In this document: positions 23,227-29,349 of the stretch, piece after piece
How positions within the stretch are numbered: the first letter of the stretch is position 1
How the letters are laid out: each line of letters starts with the position of its first letter
Source: a virus
Taxonomy: Duplodnaviria > Caudoviricetes
Strand: one strand, 5' to 3'
Length of the DNA: 29,349 nucleotides
IMG/VR virus record: IMGVR_UViG_3300037519_000009
Location: 1-29,349 of that record
Position numbers and translations under genes: made by a program
The notes under the pieces: model-generated
Told to the model about the DNA's origin: nothing
Seen by the model: the letters and a program-made list of their open reading frames with translations, nothing else
Databases searched by the model: none

Positions 23227-23637
23227 CTATCGCCTTATTAGGACTACGAGCAGCATACCAACTGCAAACAGCATCAGGTATTTCTCCCAATTACCTTTTC
23301 CTTTGGTCGCAATCTTGGTGTTAATGTACTTGGTTACTTGCACCGTATCCGGTAAGCACGTCGCTTGTAGTCGGATGGTATCAAAGTTCCTAACAAGTTT
23401 AATGCGAATGTTGTCCTTTTGGACAACTACTGTATCAACATTGTTAAGCGTGAGCGTATCCCAAAGGTTTCTTTCCTTGGTTACGATTGTGGTATCCCAC
23501 CTCGTTTGCCATACGTCAGCACCTTTCTTTACGGCTTTGCGTAAGTGGTACTCCGCCGAGCAACTACCCAGAGCAAGACTCGCAATCAGGATTATCAATA
23601 GAGCAAGTAGGGGGTGTGGGTAATTCTTCGAGTTCAT
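23227..23637 (-). CDS. Spanin-like lipoprotein (u-spanin architecture)
   Basis: Signal peptide with lipobox LALGS-C, beta-rich DT repeats, C-terminal TM helix YLMLFAVGMLLVVLI-RR; follows the endolysin. Confidence 0.65.
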   Translation of the reverse strand: MNSKNYPHPLLALLIILIASLALGSCSAEYHLRKAVKKGADVWQTRWDTTIVTKERNLWDTLTLNNVDTVVVQKDNIRIKLVRNFDTIRLQATCLPDTVQVTKYINTKIATKGKGNWEKYLMLFAVGMLLVVLIRR

Positions 23638-23662
23638 TGAGCCAGTCGTTAAAATTGGACAT
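23564..23662 (-). CDS. 32-aa acidic peptide ending CSIDNPDCESCSG (resembles the RNR alpha C-terminal tail)
   Basis: MSNFNDWLNELEELPTPPTCSIDNPDCESCSG*. ATG lies inside the endolysin 3' end after an A-rich leader; overprints the lipoprotein signal peptide. Confidence 0.6.
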   Translation of the reverse strand: MSNFNDWLNELEELPTPPTCSIDNPDCESCSG

Positions 23663-24077
23663 ATTTAGTTTTTCCACCTTTCTTAATTGCTTTTAGGACT
23701 TCTCCTTTGTTGTTATTAACGTCGTAGGCAACGTGAATCCACTTTGGTTGTGCATCGGTACCAAACTCCCAAATAAGTTGCTTAAAATGCAGCTGCTTGC
23801 GTATGTAGTTAAATACAGCCGCCATATCCTCGCATTGAATATCTGCTGCCCTTCCGTGTACGTGGTCGCTTGTTGCGCTACCACCCACGGCAGAGTTCAC
23901 TAATGGTGAACGAAACCCACTCGTTACGTTTATTACCCCGAACTTATCCCGAACCGGCTGTAATACTTTTTGTACCAATAGTTTTAGGTTATTGATTTCG
24001 CCCTGGCTTGGATTGTTTGCAATCCCGGTATCCGTATGCGTAAGCTCGGCAAGCGTAAAGTTTTCAGATAACTTCAT
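23649..24077 (-). CDS. Endolysin, peptidase M15 family
   Basis: Motifs SENFTLAEL, TSGFRS...N..VGG...SDH..G.AADI and WIHV (Zn ligands). Confidence 0.9.
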   Translation of the reverse strand: MKLSENFTLAELTHTDTGIANNPSQGEINNLKLLVQKVLQPVRDKFGVINVTSGFRSPLVNSAVGGSATSDHVHGRAADIQCEDMAAVFNYIRKQLHFKQLIWEFGTDAQPKWIHVAYDVNNNKGEVLKAIKKGGKTKYVQF

Positions 24078-24170
24078 TTTGATAAATTTTATGCAGCAAC
24101 TCTAATGATTTCCGAGTTAACGTGTCTTATATCGCACTTTTTAATATACAATTATCCCTTATACGGAACT

Positions 24171-24287
24171 TTATCGTCCTTGTCCCCGGTACTTCTTACT
24201 CGTCACCCTTTTGTTCTGGCTTTTTGTGTGCCGTCCGAGTTTTCTTTTGGACTTCTTGATTTTTGTTGTTTCCTGTTGCTTCGCCAT
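24171..24287 (-). CDS. 38-aa highly basic peptide ending KKYRGQGR (not in ORF track)
   Basis: MAKQQETTKIKKSKRKLGRHTKSQNKRVTSKKYRGQGR*; overprints the holin C-terminal tail. Confidence 0.65.
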   Translation of the reverse strand: MAKQQETTKIKKSKRKLGRHTKSQNKRVTSKKYRGQGR

Positions 24288-24438
24288 CTTTGCTCATCAT
24301 TAACGCAAACCCACCCATAATAAACGCACTAAACTCCGTTAGCGACGCTTTCTCAAACCAAACGAGGATACCCCCGAATGAAATTAAGATAAGCCCTATA
24401 ACGGTAGTTTTTGGGTTACGGAAGATTCTATTTATCAT
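24196..24438 (-). CDS. Holin-like two-TM protein
   Basis: Start revised to MINRIFRNPKTTVIG...; two hydrophobic helices; upstream of the endolysin. Confidence 0.65.
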   Translation of the reverse strand: MINRIFRNPKTTVIGLILISFGGILVWFEKASLTEFSAFIMGGFALMMSKDGEATGNNKNQEVQKKTRTAHKKPEQKGDE

Positions 24439-24589
24439 TCTTGATATCTCGGTTCCAACGCCACAAGGTGTACACAAAAGAGGTCAGCATTACAAGCATC
24501 CCCGCAATCTGATGCACCTCGGCAATCGTTAATCCTCCAACGGCTAAACTCCAAGAGGTCGCTACCGCACTTGAACTATCTGTTTTCAT
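24428..24589 (-). CDS. Small holin-like membrane protein, 53 aa (not in ORF track)
   Basis: MKTDSSSAVATSWSLAVGGLTIAEVHQIAGMLVMLTSFVYTLWRWNRDIKNDK*; ATGA-coupled. Confidence 0.65.
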   Translation of the reverse strand: MKTDSSSAVATSWSLAVGGLTIAEVHQIAGMLVMLTSFVYTLWRWNRDIKNDK

Positions 24590-24966
24590 ATCTCGAATGG
24601 TGCTGGAGGTTGGCAGTATTCGGAATCAGGATTCGCTACGCAAAACGCTTGGGCGTACTCGGTGTCCAGAGTGTAACCAAAAGAATTAACTCCGACTGGG
24701 TTTGGCCATACCAACGCACTATCGTAAGCAGCAAGAGCCGATTCCTGCCACACGATGTCAACGGCATAGAGCGGGTCTGTTGCTTCGCATACGGGTAAGC
24801 CCTCGGCATCGGTTCCCCATTGCGTACATAGGTGGCCTATTTCCACAACGCAGGCAACGAGGTCTTGATTCCAGACGAGTTCTACCCCTTCGGGTGTTGT
24901 TACTTCTACTTGTATTGCTGCTTTGGCTGTTGCCCAATCAGCAAAGGCGTACTTACGGAATATCAT
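24586..24966 (-). CDS. Putative fibre assembly chaperone / fibre-associated protein
   Basis: 126 aa, coupled directly after the fibre gene; VVEIG...YAVDIVW...VWP pattern. Confidence 0.55.
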   Translation of the reverse strand: MIFRKYAFADWATAKAAIQVEVTTPEGVELVWNQDLVACVVEIGHLCTQWGTDAEGLPVCEATDPLYAVDIVWQESALAAYDSALVWPNPVGVNSFGYTLDTEYAQAFCVANPDSEYCQPPAPFEI

Positions 24967-26732
24967 AACGTTGTGAGTTCTGCCAGTTCGGCGTTTGTTA
25001 GGCGGGTCTTGAATACAAGGGCTTGGTTGATTGATTCCGAAGCGGTGGAATATACTGCCGCATTCGTGAGGTTAGTATCAACTCGGCTCAAAGTAGTTCC
25101 GCTAAAAGTAGTACCCGTTAAATCAGTTCCCACAAGTGCGCCATTTACATAAAGTGCAAAGTCGTTGGTTTTGTAGCCGAACGCCATTTTGTAACGGCCA
25201 CCATTAACCGCACCCGAATAACTAATACTCGCTTGGGCGGCACCATTGTAAAGTTCACCCCTTAAATTTCCATTTTCAAAAATAGTTAGCCAAACATAAT
25301 TAGTTGTGGCTCCGTCATTTACGCTTATAGGCGTTCCGTAGTCAGCCAATCCGTTAAGGGTAAAATCAACAAACAAAGTCCCCTCCGTCTGCCCAATTAG
25401 TGAGCTTATCCCCGTCTTTGAGCAAGCGTCTGCCCCACGGGTTGCGGATGCTGAAAGCGTTGGAATGTAAGAGGTGGCGTAGGCGCCAAGTTCGTACTGG
25501 GCTCCGTAGATGTAAATGCCATATCCAGCCGTGCCAGCGTATGAAGTTTCATTATCTTGCTTTGCAACAACAATACGATAGCGACCAAAAGTACCAGTTT
25601 CAGTATATGTCAACGAACAACGATACCAACCATTACCATAGTCCTCAATCTTGGCTGTTGCGGTAGCGCCGCTAACAGTACCAACAGCACCAGTATTTAA
25701 GTTAAAGTAAGCACTGTTTGATGTGGTATCCTCGTACAACCGAACAAAGTTTCGCTCTCCTTTTTTAGCGAAAACGCTCATTGTGTAGGCGGCTACTGTT
25801 ACAGTTCTTGACGATTCAAGCTGGTGTATGTTGTTTGCAGTGGTTTCATCTAACTTATCTGCATTAACATATCCGTCTGGAGAAGCGATTTGATTTGCAG
25901 TTACTACGCTATAGGTCTTTGTCCAAGTTGCGTTGTCAAAACTCTCGCTGTTTAATTGCAAATTTACCCGCTGCGGTTCCAAATTTAAACGTGGGCAGGT
26001 ACTACCTAAATAGTCCAGGCGGGGTACGTTAGCAACTGGGCCAACACTTACCGCTGCGGTGGTGGTGGGGATGTAGTCTGTTGCGATGTCGCCCGTTTCA
26101 AGCTGTACTCCCCAAACGAATATACCGCTTGTTCCATCGCCTAAATAGTTAACTGAAGCACTAGAAGGGCTTGGGGCTAAAGTAGCAACAACAGCACTTG
26201 CTGCACCATCAAACGAAATCGCACAACGATACCAACCATTGCCTACTGATTGAATACTCGCTCCGCTTCCACTTGATACTACTCCAGTATCTAAATTAAA
26301 AGAGGCAAGAAATCTTCCGCTAAATTGGTCAAGAGCAGTAACAAAATTATACTCTGCTTTTTTAGCATAAAAACTAAATGTGTGAAGACTACTTAAAGTT
26401 GCGTTGACATTAAATATACCGTGAAACGCCGTGGTGCCCGTTGCAATTAACTTATCAGCAGTTAATGTGTTGTTAGGTGCTGTGGTAGCGTTTGCGGTTA
26501 CCGTTGTGGATTGTTTAGTCCAAGCTGCATTATCTAACTGCTCGCTGTATGTATTTATATTAGTTCGCACCTTCTCAATAATTCCCGCAGAATTTACACG
26601 GGTAGCCGTATCGCCTGTGCGGGTGAAGGCCAAATCACCGCTTCCGTCTGTCGGTTTCTCGGCATATACCTTGCTTGTCTTATAGCCGCTTGGAATTACT
26701 ACCAAACTGGCATCATCGTAGAAACTTGACAT
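24963..26732 (-). CDS. Fibre/spike (receptor-binding) protein with two tandem beta-sandwich modules and a C-terminal LamG/ConA-like domain
   Basis: T/A/G/S-rich; the motif set N....SE..DN..WTK, GNGWYRC and GxQxE.G..AT.YIPT occurs twice; C-terminal ALYVNG...RLTNAELAELT. Confidence 0.75.
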   Translation of the reverse strand: MSSFYDDASLVVIPSGYKTSKVYAEKPTDGSGDLAFTRTGDTATRVNSAGIIEKVRTNINTYSEQLDNAAWTKQSTTVTANATTAPNNTLTADKLIATGTTAFHGIFNVNATLSSLHTFSFYAKKAEYNFVTALDQFSGRFLASFNLDTGVVSSGSGASIQSVGNGWYRCAISFDGAASAVVATLAPSPSSASVNYLGDGTSGIFVWGVQLETGDIATDYIPTTTAAVSVGPVANVPRLDYLGSTCPRLNLEPQRVNLQLNSESFDNATWTKTYSVVTANQIASPDGYVNADKLDETTANNIHQLESSRTVTVAAYTMSVFAKKGERNFVRLYEDTTSNSAYFNLNTGAVGTVSGATATAKIEDYGNGWYRCSLTYTETGTFGRYRIVVAKQDNETSYAGTAGYGIYIYGAQYELGAYATSYIPTLSASATRGADACSKTGISSLIGQTEGTLFVDFTLNGLADYGTPISVNDGATTNYVWLTIFENGNLRGELYNGAAQASISYSGAVNGGRYKMAFGYKTNDFALYVNGALVGTDLTGTTFSGTTLSRVDTNLTNAAVYSTASESINQALVFKTRLTNAELAELTTL

Positions 26733-26944
26733 TAGTTAAAGTTTAATTTATCAATTGCAACAACTAAACACTCGTACCCTTCGGTGGTTCCGCTATCAGC
26801 GGCAACACGGGCAACATACGCATCCGCATAAATGTATGCGTTACCAAAGCAAGTAGGTACGTCACCTATTGCCCTCGTATTGTAGTCCTCATCTCCCCAA
26901 TTAGAGGAGCAGTAGATATTACCCCACCCGATGCTATTTGCCAT
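26732..26944 (-). CDS. Small virion-associated protein (70 aa)
   Basis: MANSIGWG.IY..SNWG N-terminus plus the YVARVAADSGTTEGYECL module; coupled to the fibre gene. Confidence 0.7.
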   Translation of the reverse strand: MANSIGWGNIYCSSNWGDEDYNTRAIGDVPTCFGNAYIYADAYVARVAADSGTTEGYECLVVAIDKLNFN

Positions 26945-26988
26945 TTTCCAGGTACTTTTTTAATTTAATTAGATTCTCGCTCTTTACC

Positions 26989-27489
26989 TTATAGCACCCA
27001 CGAGGCCGGGCGGGAATCTCGGTCTGGGTAGATGTCTTCGTTGACGTTTTCATTGTACTCTGGGAACAAGGATTGGTTGAAGCTCATATAGTCGATAAAA
27101 CGCTCCGTGTAGTATTTTGCTATCGTGCGTTCCTTTTCAACTAAATAATCAATTTCGATTTTCTCTGCGTTTGTTGCGTTCTCGCTCGTATGCTTGTACA
27201 CACCTCCGTTGGCTACCGTGTAAGCAGCAAACGGCAAATACTCAACCATTGCAAAGTGGATAAGCATTGGCTGCACGTAATCCGTTACAAGGGATAGGTA
27301 ATTACCTGAAAGGGTGTTAGCGATAATATCCGAGGAAATCTTATCGTACAGCTTGGTTCCCGTGTAATTCTGAATATGAATCTCTTGGGCAATCTTGATG
27401 AACTGGATAAACTTATCCGTATCGACGTTGCCGGAAATAACCGTATTGCGTACAATATCCTCACGTTTGATAAAAAGAGCCGTGGCCAT
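26989..27489 (-). CDS. Head-tail adaptor/connector-like protein
   Basis: 166-aa helical protein directly after the portal; GNVDTDK...AQEIHIQNYTGTKLY motif. Confidence 0.6.
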   Translation of the reverse strand: MATALFIKREDIVRNTVISGNVDTDKFIQFIKIAQEIHIQNYTGTKLYDKISSDIIANTLSGNYLSLVTDYVQPMLIHFAMVEYLPFAAYTVANGGVYKHTSENATNAEKIEIDYLVEKERTIAKYYTERFIDYMSFNQSLFPEYNENVNEDIYPDRDSRPASWVL

Positions 27490-29252
27490 TATTTACGAGG
27501 TTTTAAGAATCCTTGGTGGGGCATATCTACCGGACGCTTTGCAACCTTTGGGTTATTCGTCTCTGGCTTTACGCCTGCCTTACGAGCTTGGTTTACCGAT
27601 ACGTCGGCATTCGGGTTTTTAGCGTCAGGAGTTACGCCTTCGGCTTTTGCCAGGTAGGTCTTACGCATCCAGAAGTGATGACAACGTGCGCCTCCTTTGT
27701 AGAGCCATATATCGTATGTTGCTGCGCCACGAGGCCCGAATCCTGCGTTAACTTCCTGCTTGCGCATACGCATAATATCCTCCTTGCGGTACACCTTCTT
27801 TGCGTTTACCATCAGCTTGCAAAACTCACGGCTATTGGTCTTGGTTGTGCCAGGGGCATAGGAATAACGAATCTTGTACTTGCGTCCGTCTTTGGTTACT
27901 CCGTCTTGCTCACTCTTTGCGTTGGGAAACGCCTCACCGGTCTTGGCGAACTTTAAGATTGAATCCAAATACTCCTCTTGCTCGTAGTCAACGGGGCGTT
28001 CGTCCACCAATTCCCATTCGTCCAAGTCCTCGTCTTCGCCAAACTCGTTCAACGCATCGAACATTCCGTTAAGAACTTCGTCGCTCACGTCGGCGGACAT
28101 TGCAATACCGCTATCCTCCACTCCGGTAGATTCCTCCACCACCTCGGAAGGAGCAACAATTTCCTCTTTGAACTCCAACGGCTGTAACGTCTTAAAATAG
28201 ATATTTAAGGCCGCCCCGTTGAAAGATAGCACTTGCTCTATTGCATCGAGGATAATCTCTTGTAATGGTCTAATAACCACGTTATCAAACAAGATAGAAG
28301 CCGTCTTCAACTCGTCGGCATTATTACCAAGTCCGCTGCTATCCTTAATGCCCAAAAGCATCGGGCTTGTGACCCGGTGACCTACCATAATCTTTTGCGT
28401 ACATTCCGAGGAAAGGAATTGGTACTGCTCGCTTGCGTCGGATAATTGTACGGGTTCGATTGTTGCTGCGAGTTCCTTGTTATCGTTAAACGCCAAGATA
28501 AAACGGCCAGCATTCGAGCTACCGGAAAACTTATCGGCAATACGTGCCTCAATTAAGCTCTGCTCGTCTTCGGTAGGTGTTCCGTTATTAAAGTTAATCA
28601 GCATAGACGGAGCAAGTCCGTTCTTAATGTTGCTGATATGGTAATTCGCTACCTCTTCCTCCAGCTCTGCGTAAGGCAAGGAACCTTGGTAGTCCGTTGG
28701 GGCGTAGTAGTAGTATCCTGCTTTGTACGGTTTAATGTACAGAATCTCGATACCCGCCTTGGACATTCCGTAAGCATCAATGCGTACCGGAACTTCCTTG
28801 CGTTGTGCTACCCTATCCCAATTCTTTGCGTAGTAATAAGCAGGGATAAAACCTTCCTCGTTGCACTTTTCAGCACGCAAGGTCTCGACTGGGATATGCT
28901 CAATCCCCACAACCTTTGAGTGGTCTTGGTTGTAAATAACCTGAAAGGCAGCGTTGCCCATCATCTTAAAATCGCTAACGACCTTCTTAACGCAATTCTT
29001 GGTGAATAAGCCCATCATCATTGCGTACTCGTCGGGCTTCTGGGCTGCGTCTGTTGCAGCCAGACCCTTGCCGAAAATCATATCGATAACGCCGTTAATG
29101 ATTGCGTTATTGGTAGGGCTCCCGTTGTAGCGGTCGATTAAGTATTGGAAATAATTGTTATCATTCCCGTACTCAATCCAATTCTTTCCACTAACCTCCT
29201 TTACCTGCGGCTTAACGTAGGAATTTAAGGCCATAAATCGTATGTTGCTCAT
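27489..29252 (-). CDS. Portal protein with a C-terminal MuF/minor-head-like extension
   Basis: Motifs YGNDNNY, SPTNNAII, NGLAPSMLI, FSGSSNAG and GHRVTSPMLLGI; acidic linker; SREFC...KGGARCHHFW domain. Confidence 0.85.
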   Translation of the reverse strand: MSNIRFMALNSYVKPQVKEVSGKNWIEYGNDNNYFQYLIDRYNGSPTNNAIINGVIDMIFGKGLAATDAAQKPDEYAMMMGLFTKNCVKKVVSDFKMMGNAAFQVIYNQDHSKVVGIEHIPVETLRAEKCNEEGFIPAYYYAKNWDRVAQRKEVPVRIDAYGMSKAGIEILYIKPYKAGYYYYAPTDYQGSLPYAELEEEVANYHISNIKNGLAPSMLINFNNGTPTEDEQSLIEARIADKFSGSSNAGRFILAFNDNKELAATIEPVQLSDASEQYQFLSSECTQKIMVGHRVTSPMLLGIKDSSGLGNNADELKTASILFDNVVIRPLQEIILDAIEQVLSFNGAALNIYFKTLQPLEFKEEIVAPSEVVEESTGVEDSGIAMSADVSDEVLNGMFDALNEFGEDEDLDEWELVDERPVDYEQEEYLDSILKFAKTGEAFPNAKSEQDGVTKDGRKYKIRYSYAPGTTKTNSREFCKLMVNAKKVYRKEDIMRMRKQEVNAGFGPRGAATYDIWLYKGGARCHHFWMRKTYLAKAEGVTPDAKNPNADVSVNQARKAGVKPETNNPKVAKRPVDMPHQGFLKPRK

Positions 29253-29349
29253 ATAATTACGAACGTATTATCTCCTGCGGTTTCTTGGTCGTACACCCCG
29301 GCATTCACGGTGAACTTCTCGAAATTGGTTTGGTCGGTGCAGAATACCC
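29198..29349. repeat. Terminal direct repeat, copy 2
   Basis: Matches 1-152 with mismatches at 29324 and 29327. Confidence 0.97.

Noticed and set aside
24963-26732. Diversity-generating retroelement or shufflon acting on the fibre gene
   Set aside because: No reverse transcriptase or invertase is present, and I saw no TR/VR pair differing only at adenines and no inverted crossover sites.
281-28919. Numerous plus-strand ORFs in the track (e.g. 5269-5898, 9803-10282, 27513-27956)
   Set aside because: All are antisense shadows of well-supported minus-strand genes and have no recognisable motifs.
1-29349. Stop-codon recoding (alternative genetic code)
   Set aside because: Genes are intact in the standard code, and TAA, TAG and TGA all serve as stops at coupled junctions.
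1-29349. Prophage, lysogeny module or tRNA genes
   Set aside because: No integrase, CI-like repressor, att site, host gene or tRNA cloverleaf was recognised. Lifestyle cannot be settled from sequence alone.

Overview
The window is an apparently complete, circularly assembled ~29.2-kb tailed dsDNA phage genome (siphovirus-like). Positions 1-152 repeat at 29198-29349 with two synonymous mismatches, giving a unit length of 29,197 bp. Essentially every real gene is on the minus strand and tightly coupled. TAnnTTTG promoters, leaderless starts and the protein families point to a Bacteroidota (Flavobacteria-like) host (inference). In transcription order the modules are: portal, head-tail adaptor, fibre/spike and chaperone; lysis (two holin-like proteins, peptidase M15, spanin-like lipoprotein); an AT-rich origin-like region; replication/regulation (DUF3310, RusA-like, SSB-like, DnaB-like helicase, DnaA domain IV-like HTH, ECF-like sigma, PD-(D/E)xK nucleases); accessory small genes, HNH, two glycosyltransferases and a ParB-MTase; TerS/TerL; tail genes and tape measure; XkdF protease, scaffold, major capsid and tail tube. 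I see no integrase, repressor, DNA polymerase, primase, tRNA or CRISPR array. The most notable features absent from the ORF track are: a 32-aa peptide resembling the redox C-terminal tail of ribonucleotide reductase, overprinted on the spanin signal peptide; a -1 frameshift tail-chaperone gene with a long dual-coding stretch; paired DnaA-box-like 9-mers beside an AT-rich tract, in a phage that encodes a DnaA-IV-like protein; a ~30-aa module shared by two unrelated virion genes; fixed-spacing leaderless promoters of two classes; and apparent purging of GATC, CATG and CTAG. All functional calls come from motif recognition by eye, not database searches.
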